DNA of 64,000 bases from a virus (lineage: Duplodnaviria > Caudoviricetes): positions 2,256 to 66,255 of IMG/VR virus record IMGVR_UViG_2772190746_000001. One strand, written 5' to 3'. Shown here piece by piece: positions 10,134 to 20,473 of this stretch. A program made the position numbers and the translations under genes. How positions within the stretch are numbered: position 1 is the first letter of the stretch; each line of letters opens with the position of its first letter. The notes below the pieces were generated by a model. That model was not told where the DNA came from. It saw only the letters and a list, made by a program, of their open reading frames with translations, and did no database searches.

Positions 10134-10699
10134 TGCCGACCTATACCGAGCCGTTCAAACTGCGGCTGCAAAAAGCACTGTCCGCATGCCTGGCCGAGAT
10201 CACCCCGGCGAACGGCTTCGTGTCGGACCTTTCGGCGTTTGATCCCGGCGACGGGGTGTTCACGCCGCGCGTCTACCGCGGCCGCGCGTGGTTCGGCGAC
10301 AATGACCCGCTGCCGATGGTATCGACCCTGGAAGGCGTTGACCCGGCGAGCGAAGTGGCCGAGCCCCCGGCATCGGAGCCGACGTCGGAGTATGACTACG
10401 ACCTTCTCATTCAGGGCTGGGTGACCGACGACCCGGCGAACCCGACCGACACGGCATACGTCCTGCTGGCTGACGTTCGCCAGAAGCTGGCAGCCGAGGC
10501 AAAGCGCCGCCTACCACACGACCGCACGGAGCCGGACATCTTTGGCCTCAAGGCTGCTGGTTCGAGTGCCAGCGAGGTGACCAAGCTGCGGTTCGGCTCG
10601 GGCGTCGTGCGGCCGGCTGACGAGTTGTCCAGCACTGCGTGGTTCTGGCTTTCGATCACCGTCCGGATCGTCGAGAACGCCAGCAAGCCATACGACTGA
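10133..10699 (+). CDS. tail terminator protein (gpU-like)
   Basis: Synteny; L..IT.ANG...DL N-terminus. Confidence 0.7.
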   Translation: MPTYTEPFKLRLQKALSACLAEITPANGFVSDLSAFDPGDGVFTPRVYRGRAWFGDNDPLPMVSTLEGVDPASEVAEPPASEPTSEYDYDLLIQGWVTDDPANPTDTAYVLLADVRQKLAAEAKRRLPHDRTEPDIFGLKAAGSSASEVTKLRFGSGVVRPADELSSTAWFWLSITVRIVENASKPYD

Positions 10700-10708
10700 G
10701 CGAATCCG

Positions 10709-11347
10709 TTGGCTAATCGAAGAAATGCGGCGCGTGACGCAGCCATTGCTGCCGGCGAAAAGCAGTTTATGCCGGACTTGCCATGTAGGAACGGTCATTT
10801 TTCACCGCGCTTCGTAAGTACATACAAATGCGTAGAGTGCGATCTTGCCAAACATAAACGGCGCAGAGATGAAGTTCCTGCGTTCCGAGCGCGCGCCGCA
10901 GAGCGACATAAAACTTGGCGACAAAATAACATTGAATACGCCAAAGAGGCGTCTCGGGAGTGGTATAAGGATAATAAGCCAAGGTCTGCTGAAAAAGCGG
11001 CCATCTGGAAACGAGAAAATCGACCCATAGTCAACGCTATTAGGCGCCGCTACTACGCAAATTCTCCTGTGCCCGCCGCGACGACAAAGGCTCGAATGAA
11101 GCGTGTCCGCCATGCAACCCCACCATGGGCGGACATGGATGCTATCCGTGAGATATATGCAGGTTGCCCGGGCGGAATGCAGGTGGATCACCGCGTTCCC
11201 CTGAAAGGAGTGAACGAGCACGGCGAGCACATCATCTGCGGCTTGCACGTCGCGGAAAACCTACAATACCTCACCGCCCGGGAAAACGCTTTAAAATCGA
11301 ACCATTGGCCGTGGCCGACCGCCGCCGCATCCGAGAGTGCACCATAA
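10709..11347 (+). CDS. free-standing HNH endonuclease
   Basis: VDHRVPL...CGLH...NLQYL...N..KSN; lower GC than flanking genes. Confidence 0.85.
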   Translation: MANRRNAARDAAIAAGEKQFMPDLPCRNGHFSPRFVSTYKCVECDLAKHKRRRDEVPAFRARAAERHKTWRQNNIEYAKEASREWYKDNKPRSAEKAAIWKRENRPIVNAIRRRYYANSPVPAATTKARMKRVRHATPPWADMDAIREIYAGCPGGMQVDHRVPLKGVNEHGEHIICGLHVAENLQYLTARENALKSNHWPWPTAAASESAP

Positions 11348-11407
11348 CCTTCCGAATGCCTCTAGAATCACGTATTGCGTGAGAAACATGCAAAAGGTGA
11401 AAATGAG

Positions 11408-12178
11408 ATGGCAAAGAACTATACCCTTGGACGAGGGAAGGTCTACTTCTCGGCCTTCCGACCCAATACCCAGATCCCGGCAGGATTCAGATATTTAGGC
11501 AACACGCCCGAGTTCAACCTGACGATCGACAACGAGACGCTGGACCACTACTCGTCCGACGAGGGTATCCGCCAGAAGGATCGCTCGATCATCCTCGAGA
11601 CGACCGCAACCGGGTCGCTCACTGCCGACGATATCAGCCTCGAAAACCTCGCGCTGTTCTTCTTCGGCCATACCTCGACGTTGGTCCAGACGGCCGCTAC
11701 CGCGCAGACCGAGACGATCACCGACGTCAAGCCGGGCCTGATGTACCAGCTGGGCCGGACGACCCTCAATCCCACCGGTGTGCGTTCGATCAGCAACGTT
11801 ACCGTCGAAGTCGGCGCGACCACCTACGTGGTGAACGAAGACTACACGGTCGACCTGGAACTCGGTCTCATCACCGTTCTCGAAGGCGGCGATATCGTTG
11901 CCGATGCCGACCTGGAAGTCACCTTCGACCGTGCTGCGCGCAGCCGCACCCAGGTCATTTCCGGCGACCAGCAGGTGGAAGGCGCCATCCTCTACGTCTC
12001 GGCGAACCCCGAAGGCGCGAAGATGGACTACCTGCTCCCCTACGTGAAGCTCGGCCCGAACGGCGACTTCGCGCTCAAGTCGGACGAGTGGCAGCAGCTG
12101 TCGCTCAACATCGAGATCCTGAAGCCCGACGACGGCCGCGAGCGCATCTACGTCGATGGCCGTCCGTTCTCCGCATAA
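11408..12178 (+). CDS. major tail tube protein
   Basis: NYTLGRGKVYF, YLGNTPEF, LK..EWQQL motifs typical of Chi-like tail tubes. Confidence 0.88.
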   Translation: MAKNYTLGRGKVYFSAFRPNTQIPAGFRYLGNTPEFNLTIDNETLDHYSSDEGIRQKDRSIILETTATGSLTADDISLENLALFFFGHTSTLVQTAATAQTETITDVKPGLMYQLGRTTLNPTGVRSISNVTVEVGATTYVVNEDYTVDLELGLITVLEGGDIVADADLEVTFDRAARSRTQVISGDQQVEGAILYVSANPEGAKMDYLLPYVKLGPNGDFALKSDEWQQLSLNIEILKPDDGRERIYVDGRPFSA

Positions 12179-12191
12179 GGGATAGGTAGCG

Positions 12192-12668
12192 ATGGGACTG
12201 CGTAACCTATCCTTTGCTCCGGCCACGGTCGAGGTCCCCGGCGGTGAATCTTTCACCGTCCGGGGCCTCAGTCCGGACAAGGTGATCACCCTCTACAACC
12301 GCCACACTGGGCAGCTTTCGGCGCTCTGGGATTCGCGGGAAAACATCACCGAAGTGCAGGATCTTATCGTCAGCCTGCTTTCCGATGCTCCCGATATCAT
12401 GGCCGAACTGATCGCCATCGCATCGGGAAGCAAGGTCACCGACGACTTTGTCGAACCCGACACCGAGGTCAATCCGCTCGGTCTCACGGACTACGAGCGC
12501 GACGTCGAGGCTGCCCGATCGCTACCGCTTCCGGTCCAGATGGAAGCGCTGCTCAAGATCGGCGAGCTGACCTTCTCGTCGAGCATGCCGCCGGGAAAAT
12601 TCCTCGCCGTGGTGATCAAACTGGCCGGCAAAGCCACGGCGGCCTTCAGCCAGTCAGCGAAAAGCTGA
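12192..12668 (+). CDS. tail assembly chaperone (G)
   Basis: Between tail tube and tape measure; GGGAAAA slippery site at 12593-12599. Confidence 0.85.
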   Translation: MGLRNLSFAPATVEVPGGESFTVRGLSPDKVITLYNRHTGQLSALWDSRENITEVQDLIVSLLSDAPDIMAELIAIASGSKVTDDFVEPDTEVNPLGLTDYERDVEAARSLPLPVQMEALLKIGELTFSSSMPPGKFLAVVIKLAGKATAAFSQSAKS

Positions 12669-12910
12669 CCCTGGAGAAGTGGGTCTGGGAGATGCGGCGC
12701 AAGGTCAGCCTGCTGCTCTCCCAGGGACACTCCGATGCCGGTGAATATCCGCTGGGCTTCCTCGGTGACGAGGCCGCGCTGGTGGTCGAGCGACAGAACG
12801 CTCTGATCGCCACCGAAGCCGTCACCATCCAAGCCGCCGCCGCGTCGATCATGTCGAAGAAGGGCGGCGACCATTTCAAGAAACTGCTCAAGCAGATGAC
12901 GGAGAACTGA
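12593..12910 (+). CDS. -1 frameshift extension of tail chaperone (GT)
   Basis: The -1 frame is open from G GGA AAA (12593) through the 12692..12910 ORF. Confidence 0.8.
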   Translation, partial: GKIPRRGDQTGRQSHGGLQPVSEKLTLEKWVWEMRRKVSLLLSQGHSDAGEYPLGFLGDEAALVVERQNALIATEAVTIQAAAASIMSKKGGDHFKKLLKQMTEN

Positions 12911-12914
12911 CACC

Positions 12915-15900
12915 ATGGCAACCGGGCGGCAGACCGACGTTTCGCTCGTCATCCGGGCCAGGGATGAAGGCACCAAGGCCGTCAAGGCGTTTGAGTCCGC
13001 GCTTTCCGATCTGCTGTCGACCCAGAAGCAGGTTGCATCGGGGTCGACGAACACCGCGTCGGGCATCACGCAGACGATCAGCGCACTGGCCGGGCTCGAC
13101 AAGGCGTACAGCCAGATCTCCGGCAGCATCAACCGTGGTGCCGATGCATTTGAGCGTCAGTTGACCTCGCTGGCGAGTAACCAGGCACAGCTTCGCGCTT
13201 TGACCCGGCAGCTGGAAGCGGCCCGCGCAGCGCAGAGCAAGATGGACTCCTTCGTCGGCCCGCCGACCCGGGAAGCCATGTCCAGGTATCAGGGCGTTGC
13301 CGCCGAGGTGAAGAACCTTGAGGCACAGTACCGCAGCCTTGAGCGTGAAGTGTCCCGACAGGATGCCGGGTTCCAGCGCAGCGCGTCTGACCTTGCACAA
13401 CTGGAGCGGCAGACCCGACTGGTTGGCGCCGTCACAACGTTCGCAAAGCAGGAATCCGAACAGTACACCCGGTCGCTGGACCGCCAGAATGCCGCGGCAG
13501 AGAAGGCTGCAGCACTGCAGGCGTCTATTGCGCGAAGCACCAACGCGACGTCGGGCAAGTCGGCCGAAGACTCGGCAAGCGTGTTCACCCGTGCCGGGTT
13601 GACCGACACCGAGCGCGCGATCGCGGCAGTCGAAAAGGAAACCGCTGCCCGAGAACGCGCTGCTCAGGCTGAGCGCGAGTATGCGCAGGCGGTCGAGATG
13701 TCGCAGGCCGCCCAGCGCGCTCGCGCTCGCATCGAAGGAAACGGTGGCAGTGCAGGCCGCGCAGGTGAAACCGCACTGGCCGATATGCTGCGGCAAGAAG
13801 AAGCTGCGGCGCAGGCTGCTGCGGATGCCGAGGCCGAACTGGTCGACGCCACCGCACGGCTGCGATCGGAACTCAATCCACTAGCGGCCATCCAGGACAA
13901 GCTGAACCGCGAACTGGCCGAAGCCCAGAAGCTGTATGATCGCGGGAAGATCAGCGCCACGGAACTGGCGCAGGCTCAGACGCTGCTGCGGAAGCGCGCC
14001 GACGATGCTGCACAGTCGTTGGGGCAGCAGAACGTCGGCGGCGGCAAACCGACGCTGTTCGGCCTGAAGCCTTACGAGATGCAGAACCTGTCGTTCCAGT
14101 TGAACGACATAGTGACGCAGCTTGCGTCCGGCACCTCGCTGACCCAGACGCTGGCGCAGCAGGGTGGTCAGATCATCCAGATCTTCCCCCGGGCCGGCAG
14201 CATGATCGTTGCTGCGCTCGGGAACCCCGCAGTGCTGGCAGCCGCAGCAGCGATCGGCGCCGTGGTGATCGGCCTCAAGGAAGCTGGCGACGAGGCCGAA
14301 CGGCTTCGCGGTTTCTTGGGCCAACTGGCGGCATCGGCAGATGGTAACTCGTATGGCGCTGGTGCGCTGAACGACGCTGCCGAGGCGCTGGATCGATACG
14401 GTTTGTCGGCGGAAGACGCCGTAGCTGCCGTGCGAAAGTTCGTCCGCGAGGGTGTCGACCAATCTCGCATCGAGCAGTTCGGCGAAGCAGCGTCCAATCT
14501 CTCCGACGTGATGGGTGTCGATCTGAAGGACGCCGTCAACGAGGTGGCCGATGCGTTCACCGGCGGATACGAGGCCGTCAAGCGGCTCGACGATTCCTAC
14601 GACTTCCTGACCGCCGCACAGCGCGACCATATCCGCACGCTGTTCGAAGAAGGGCGCGCAGCAGAAGGGCGCAACGAAGCACTCGATATTTTCTCGGCGC
14701 GCCAGGAAGACGCGGCCCAGAAGATGCGCGGCCCATGGGCGAGTGCGATGCGGGAACTCTCCGCAGCCTGGCAAGAATTCAAGGAACTGGTCGGCGACAC
14801 CCAGTGGATTCGCGATGCCGGTTCCGGATTGGCTGGCCTCGGCCGGGACGCTGCTGCGGCCCTGCGGCAGCTTCGCGGTGCGGCCAGTGAGGCCGACGTC
14901 ACCAAGCAACTGAAGACGACCCGCGACATTATTGCCGGGATTCAGGGCGACCTGAAAGACGCCAGTGCGCTTACCCGTGGCGGATTGCAGGCAAACCTCA
15001 AGGTCTTTCAGGACCAGGAAGCCTCGCTTGTCCGGCAGCTGGACACCCTGAAGAAGCAGAACACGGAGTCCGGGAAGCAGGGCGACACGATCGCCCGTCA
15101 GTCCCAGTTGTCGCAGAAGCAGACAGGCGACCTTCAGCGCGCCACTGCGGCCGCGAAGGAATCCAAGTCGGTCGCCGAGGCCGAAACGGAAGCCCGTCGC
15201 AAGGCGACCGAGTTTGTCGAGAAGGAATTCAAACTCGCCGACGAGGCGACCAAGCAGGCGTATATCGCGCAGGAGGTCGCACGCGCTCGCGAGGCGACCC
15301 AGAAGCGCATTTCCGACCAGGCTAAGAAGGAGGCCGACGAACGAAAGCGGGCCGCCGACGAAGCCAAGCGTCTCGCGCAGCAGACCCAGTTCATCGACCC
15401 GGTCAGCGGCCGCGTATCATCCGGATACGGCCAGCGAACCGCACCGAAGGCCGGCGCATCGACGTTCCACCGCGGTGTTGATTTCGCCGTGCCGACCGGG
15501 ACGCAGGTCAAGGCCCCCGCCAAGGGCGTGGTGGTCGAAACCGGCTACGACTCCAAGCTGGGCAAGTTCGTCTACATCGACCACGGCAACAACACCGTCT
15601 CGAAGTTCGGCCACCTGTCCGACAATGCCATCGTGTCGCGCGGCCAGATCGTAGAGCAGGGACAGACGATCGGGCGGTCGGGCAACACCGGCAACAGCAC
15701 CGGCGCGCACCTGCATTACCAGGTCGAGGTCAACGGGAAGGCGGTCGACCCGCAGAAGGGTATCTTCGTCGAGGATGGCCTGGGTCGCTTCAAGACCGAC
15801 CTCGCGGATGCCGTAGCCGACTACGACAAGGTCGTCGAAAAGCAGCAGGAATTCCTGGATGGGCTCGACCGGGCGAACGCTGCCCGTGAACTCGAGACCA

Positions 15901-17111
15901 CGCAGTTGCGCGACCAGTCCACGCTGACCGGCGACGCGCTGTTGGCGGCCCAGCGTCAGGCCGACATTGAAACGCAGATCGCCAAGGTGCGGGACGATGC
16001 GTCGAAGGCTGGTATCGCCGCCGACGATCCGGCGCTGGAACTGCGCATCCAGAAGCTGCGCGAGGTAACCGGGGCCTACTTCGATGCGGCAAACGCTCGC
16101 CAGTCGTTCGAGAACCAGCGTCAGAGCGTCGATCAGCCCGTGCAGGATCTCAGCGCGTTGCGGGATAGCCTGCAGCAGCGCATCCAATACTTCGAGGAAA
16201 CCGGGCAGCGCGGCCTCGCGCAGCAGCTCATGCCGCAGTTGGACATGGTCAACTCCAAGCTGTTGGAGGCGATCAGCAACGCGCAGACGTTCTACTCGTC
16301 ACTCGCCGGTAACCCGGAAGCGATGGCCGCCCTTGGTTTGACGCAGACGCAGGTCGATACGATCCGCCTCGGTCTAGATGCGTCGGCAGCGGCCGGGCAG
16401 AACCTCGGCTACATCATGGGCATCTCCGGGCAGCAGATCGCCCAGGCATTCGCCAGCAACGCCACCGACGCCCTCGACAGCTTCGCCCAGTCGATCGCCA
16501 GCGGGGCCAATGCGTTTCAGGCGCTCGGCACGGCATTCCTGCAGTTCGCAGCCCAGTTCCTGCGGCAGATTGCCACCATGATCCTGCAGCAGATCATCTT
16601 CAACGCTATCGCCGGGGCAATCGGTGGCGCGGCTGGAGGTGCTTCCGGCGGTGGGGCCACCGGGAGCACCGGTGCCTTCGCCGGTGTGCGCGCACATGAC
16701 GGTGGCGTGATCGGCAGCGGCTCGCTGGTGCAGACCGACGCCGGGGTGCAAGAGATTTTGAACGTTGTTCGCAACTGGCGCACCGGTTCGGGGCCACGTG
16801 CGGTCAACCCATCGTGGTTCTCCGGCGCGACCCGGTATCACACCGGCGGTATCATCGGCCTCGCGCCCAATGAGGTGCCGGTCATCGCCGAAGAAGGCGA
16901 GGAGATGCTGACCCGCGACGACCCGCGCCACGTGTTGAACGGCGGCGCGACACCGTCAGGCGGCAGCGGTACGAACATCAAGAACATTGTCGTGTTCGAC
17001 CCGGCGGCAGCCTTCGCGGAAGCGCTCAACACCAAGCGTGGTGAAAAGGCGCTGCTGACCTGGGTGAAGAACAACCCGACTGCCTTCAACGCTGCAATGG
17101 GTGGCCGCTGA
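12915..17111 (+). CDS. tape measure protein with internal M23 peptidase domain
   Basis: 1398 aa, Ala-rich helical; lambda TMP motif LSFQLNDIVTQLASG; HRGVD...HLHY M23 motifs. Confidence 0.93.
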   Translation: MATGRQTDVSLVIRARDEGTKAVKAFESALSDLLSTQKQVASGSTNTASGITQTISALAGLDKAYSQISGSINRGADAFERQLTSLASNQAQLRALTRQLEAARAAQSKMDSFVGPPTREAMSRYQGVAAEVKNLEAQYRSLEREVSRQDAGFQRSASDLAQLERQTRLVGAVTTFAKQESEQYTRSLDRQNAAAEKAAALQASIARSTNATSGKSAEDSASVFTRAGLTDTERAIAAVEKETAARERAAQAEREYAQAVEMSQAAQRARARIEGNGGSAGRAGETALADMLRQEEAAAQAAADAEAELVDATARLRSELNPLAAIQDKLNRELAEAQKLYDRGKISATELAQAQTLLRKRADDAAQSLGQQNVGGGKPTLFGLKPYEMQNLSFQLNDIVTQLASGTSLTQTLAQQGGQIIQIFPRAGSMIVAALGNPAVLAAAAAIGAVVIGLKEAGDEAERLRGFLGQLAASADGNSYGAGALNDAAEALDRYGLSAEDAVAAVRKFVREGVDQSRIEQFGEAASNLSDVMGVDLKDAVNEVADAFTGGYEAVKRLDDSYDFLTAAQRDHIRTLFEEGRAAEGRNEALDIFSARQEDAAQKMRGPWASAMRELSAAWQEFKELVGDTQWIRDAGSGLAGLGRDAAAALRQLRGAASEADVTKQLKTTRDIIAGIQGDLKDASALTRGGLQANLKVFQDQEASLVRQLDTLKKQNTESGKQGDTIARQSQLSQKQTGDLQRATAAAKESKSVAEAETEARRKATEFVEKEFKLADEATKQAYIAQEVARAREATQKRISDQAKKEADERKRAADEAKRLAQQTQFIDPVSGRVSSGYGQRTAPKAGASTFHRGVDFAVPTGTQVKAPAKGVVVETGYDSKLGKFVYIDHGNNTVSKFGHLSDNAIVSRGQIVEQGQTIGRSGNTGNSTGAHLHYQVEVNGKAVDPQKGIFVEDGLGRFKTDLADAVADYDKVVEKQQEFLDGLDRANAARELETTQLRDQSTLTGDALLAAQRQADIETQIAKVRDDASKAGIAADDPALELRIQKLREVTGAYFDAANARQSFENQRQSVDQPVQDLSALRDSLQQRIQYFEETGQRGLAQQLMPQLDMVNSKLLEAISNAQTFYSSLAGNPEAMAALGLTQTQVDTIRLGLDASAAAGQNLGYIMGISGQQIAQAFASNATDALDSFAQSIASGANAFQALGTAFLQFAAQFLRQIATMILQQIIFNAIAGAIGGAAGGASGGGATGSTGAFAGVRAHDGGVIGSGSLVQTDAGVQEILNVVRNWRTGSGPRAVNPSWFSGATRYHTGGIIGLAPNEVPVIAEEGEEMLTRDDPRHVLNGGATPSGGSGTNIKNIVVFDPAAAFAEALNTKRGEKALLTWVKNNPTAFNAAMGGR

Positions 17112-18487
17112 TGCCCGATTATCCGACCACTGCGCGCCTCTGGCCGTACCAGCCCAACTGGGACGACGGTGTCGATGTTCAGGTGGAATACCGCACGGAC
17201 ATCTTCACGGCGCGTTCCGGCCGGGAACAACGGCGGGCACTGCGCAGCGCACCGCGCCGACAGATCACCTACTCGGTTGCCCTTGATGGTGAGACACGGC
17301 AGCGGTTCGTTCGCGATATCCGGACGTGGCAGGGGCGACCGATGTTGCTGCCCGACCCTTTGCGGAGTGCTCGGATTTCGGCATTCGTCCCGGCAGACTC
17401 CGACGTCTTCACGCTTCCCGCTATTCCCCACTGGTTGGGCGTCGGCACCGAACTTCTGATCGCCGGGTCACTGCGTCGCACCGTGACCGCTGTCGATGCG
17501 GATCTGGCAGCCGTGACGGTCGACGACCATTTCGCCGACGTCCTTGCCGTGGGGACGAGGGTGCAGCCCCTGCTGCGCGGCATCCTCGGCGGCTCCATCT
17601 CGGCAGCGCACCCGGTGAGCCGAGTCGCCACCGCGCGGTTGGTGTTTGCGGTCGAGCCGGGCACCGAACCAGCACCGGCGGAAGGTGGGCCGGGCGTCTA
17701 TATCCACGAGGGCAGGGAGGTCTTCGCCAAACGGCCCAACTGGGTTGATGGAGTAGGGGAAGCCTTCGAGTGGCCGGTGGAACAGGTCGATTACGGCCAT
17801 GGGCGGGTATCCACTTTTCAGCCGATCGAAATGGGATGGCTGACGCAGACCGCGACGTATCTGAACGTCGGCCCCACCGAGCAGACGGAGATGGAGTCCT
17901 TCTATCACCGAATGCGCGGCCGCCGCGGCGAGTTCCTGATGCCAACCTGGACCGACGACATCACGGTTGTCGGGGACGCAGCAGAAGGTTCACCGACATT
18001 GCTGGTGACCGGGCTCGATGACGGCGAAACGGGCGCGATCATGATCCGGCTGCGCAGCGGCCGTGTCCTGACGCGGCAAGTGACAGCAACGGCCGGTGGG
18101 CAGATCACGGTGAACCGCACTTGGTTGGAAGCCTTCACGGCCGCCGACGTCGCGATGGTGTGCCGGTTGGAGGTTGCCCGGTTCTCGTCCGACGCTCTGA
18201 CATTCGAGTGGCCGACCACTGTTGCGGCGCAGGTCAAAATCGGCTTCCGGACGCTGGAGCCCCTGCCGGCCGAGAATCCTGTCGAGCCCCTGGACGACCT
18301 TTCGCAGTACCTGCTGGAGACGTCATGGGGCGACTACCTCGACCCGCTCGACGATCTCGATTGGGCCGTCAACGTGCGCTATCCGGCGATCCAGTTCGAG
18401 GCGTTGCCGTGGAACATGGTGCACGAGGACGTGCTGGACTCGTTCGACTACTTCATCAATTTCACGATCCCGGAGAGCATGGAATGA
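17111..18487 (+). CDS. distal tail protein
   Basis: Follows TMP; PNW...EY.TDI...SGREQRRALR..PRR motif. Confidence 0.75.
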   Translation: MPDYPTTARLWPYQPNWDDGVDVQVEYRTDIFTARSGREQRRALRSAPRRQITYSVALDGETRQRFVRDIRTWQGRPMLLPDPLRSARISAFVPADSDVFTLPAIPHWLGVGTELLIAGSLRRTVTAVDADLAAVTVDDHFADVLAVGTRVQPLLRGILGGSISAAHPVSRVATARLVFAVEPGTEPAPAEGGPGVYIHEGREVFAKRPNWVDGVGEAFEWPVEQVDYGHGRVSTFQPIEMGWLTQTATYLNVGPTEQTEMESFYHRMRGRRGEFLMPTWTDDITVVGDAAEGSPTLLVTGLDDGETGAIMIRLRSGRVLTRQVTATAGGQITVNRTWLEAFTAADVAMVCRLEVARFSSDALTFEWPTTVAAQVKIGFRTLEPLPAENPVEPLDDLSQYLLETSWGDYLDPLDDLDWAVNVRYPAIQFEALPWNMVHEDVLDSFDYFINFTIPESME

Positions 18488-19293
18488 CGTTCGGCGCCTA
18501 CGAGGAAAGCCGGTCGCTTGGCGAACCTGACGCCCTTTATCGGTTCTCGATCGGCGACACGGTCTACAGCTACACGGATGCCGAGGAAGAGATCACCGTC
18601 GATGACGTGGTCTACCTGCCAATCCCGATTGACCGCGGCTCCGTGAACACGTCTGGCACGCTCGATAAGTCCTCGCTTGCCGTCCGGGTGCCGCAGGACA
18701 ACCCGGTTGCCGACCTGTTCCGCGTCTTCCCGCCATCCGAGGTGGTCGGGCTGGTGATCTTCCAGGGGCACGCGCCTGACGGTGACCTAGAATACCTCGC
18801 CATCTGGGCAGGCCGGGTGCTCTCCAGCAAGTGGGAGGACTCCGAAGCGATCCTCGATTGTGAGCCGATCAGCACTTCGATGCGTCGGGCAGGGCTGCGG
18901 GTTCGCGACCAGTATCAGTGCATGCACGCGCTGTACGGCCCCAGCTGCCGGGTTTCGCGCCCGGCGTTCACCGTGGCAGCCACTGCGCTCGGCAAGGCGG
19001 CAGGCTGGGTTTCATTCGGACCCGGGTGGAACGGCCCGATCGCTGCGGACCGGTTTGCCAACGGCATTATCCAGTGGGGGACCGACCAGAGACAGATCAT
19101 CAAGGTTTCGGGCAATCAGGTGAAGGTGGCTGGCAGCCTGGCTTCGCTGGAACCGGGTGCGACCGTCACCCTGTCGCGGGGCTGCAACCACAACTCGGAG
19201 CACTGCAACGAGTTCGGGAACATCCTGAATTTCGGCGGCTGCAAGTGGATTCCAAAGAAGAACCCGGTGGGCTTTGTGAACAACTTCTACTGA
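18484..19293 (+). CDS. tail tip/baseplate hub protein (DUF2163/BR0599-like)
   Basis: QCMHALYGPSC and GCNH...C..F.N..NFGG Cys motifs. Confidence 0.85.
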   Translation: MTFGAYEESRSLGEPDALYRFSIGDTVYSYTDAEEEITVDDVVYLPIPIDRGSVNTSGTLDKSSLAVRVPQDNPVADLFRVFPPSEVVGLVIFQGHAPDGDLEYLAIWAGRVLSSKWEDSEAILDCEPISTSMRRAGLRVRDQYQCMHALYGPSCRVSRPAFTVAATALGKAAGWVSFGPGWNGPIAADRFANGIIQWGTDQRQIIKVSGNQVKVAGSLASLEPGATVTLSRGCNHNSEHCNEFGNILNFGGCKWIPKKNPVGFVNNFY

Positions 19294-19451
19294 GGTGGGA
19301 TACCCCGGCGGCCGGGGTGGGCGGCGCGCTCACGTTCTGCAGGGAGAGTGTTTGCGAGGCTTCCACTCGCTGCGGCATGTCGCCCGGTTGCCCGAGCCGC
19401 CTCTGTAGAACTGGACGTGCCAGATCTCCCCTTTTGCCCCCGCATCCTACA

Positions 19452-19934
19452 TCAGCGGGAATCGGTGGGCAAGCGTCTAATCCCAGCATAGGCAGGCGGC
19501 GTGAACCACGTCTCATCCACTTCATACCCGTAGAGATCGACATGGGCGATGGCACCCTTGACCCGCTCCATGCGCTGCTCGTTGACCGTGATATTACGCT
19601 TCATCTGGTCGATGCGCTGCTCGACCGTCGTCTTCAGGATGTCGCGGTGCTCGACGCTGCCACCGGCCAGTGCCTGCTCGAAAGCCTGGACGACCAGTTG
19701 CACGGTGATCGCGAATTCGTTGTCGGTCTCTTCGCCGTCGAAGCCGGTCTCGTCGTAGCGCGCGCGCCGCGCCGGGTCGCTCAGCACGTCGTAGGCATGC
19801 CGCACCTTCGCGAAGGCTTCCCGGTCGCCGTCACCGACATCCGGGTGATGCCGTTTCGCGCCGGCCTTGGCGGCCGACTTGATGTCTTCGAGCGACGCGG
19901 TTTCATCGACGCCGAGGTCTTCGTAGAGGCTCAT
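19452..19934 (-). CDS. J-domain (DnaJ-type) protein
   Basis: LYEDLGV...IK.A...HHPD...F..V..AYDVLSDP.RRA.YD. Confidence 0.88.
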   Translation of the reverse strand: MSLYEDLGVDETASLEDIKSAAKAGAKRHHPDVGDGDREAFAKVRHAYDVLSDPARRARYDETGFDGEETDNEFAITVQLVVQAFEQALAGGSVEHRDILKTTVEQRIDQMKRNITVNEQRMERVKGAIAHVDLYGYEVDETWFTPPAYAGIRRLPTDSR

Positions 19935-20050
19935 GACTGGGTGTCCCTTTCGACCACCACGGCTACCACTCACAACCCAAAAGTCAACCAAAGATTGAAT
20001 ATCAACTTCAACGACTCATAAAATCACCTATGTCGTGATAAGTCCGGCGA

Positions 20051-20284
20051 ATGGTTGCCGCCTGGATCATCGCCACACTGGTCGCGATTGCGATTCAGAT
20101 CATCAGCTACGTGCTGATGCCGAAGCCCAAGGCGCCGAAGCCTGAAGCCGTGAAGGAACTCGAAGAGCCGGTCGCCGAAGCCGGGATCGAGCGTCCCGTC
20201 ATCTTCGGAACCATGATGATCCAGTCGCCCAACTGCCTTTGGTACGGGGACAAATACATGCACACCTACAAGGTGAAGGCATGA
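20051..20284 (+). CDS. small tail assembly protein
   Basis: TM-like N-terminus, P.AEAG...PVIFGT...PN.LWYGD motif. Confidence 0.8.
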   Translation: MVAAWIIATLVAIAIQIISYVLMPKPKAPKPEAVKELEEPVAEAGIERPVIFGTMMIQSPNCLWYGDKYMHTYKVKA

Positions 20285-20472
20285 CGCGCGTGGTGGTCAG
20301 CGACCTGCGCACGGCAGGCTACTGCGTCGACGGCGCCGAACTCTGGTTCAAGGCCCACGACCTCAACTTCCGAGACTTCATCAAGCACGGCCTGGACGTC
20401 GAAGTCGTCCGCCCGATCGGCGACCCCTTTTCCCAGCGCGTGATTGCCATCGCCGAAGAACGCGAGGGCTGA
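20281..20472 (+). CDS. small tail assembly protein
   Basis: YC..G...WF..H..NF.DF...G motif; ATGA overlap. Confidence 0.75.
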   Translation: MTRVVVSDLRTAGYCVDGAELWFKAHDLNFRDFIKHGLDVEVVRPIGDPFSQRVIAIAEEREG

Positions 20473-20473
20473 C

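Noticed and set aside
19166-19555. ORF continuing the J-domain gene by frameshift
   Set aside because: No recognisable domain and no slippery site; overlaps the tail hub gene on the other strand
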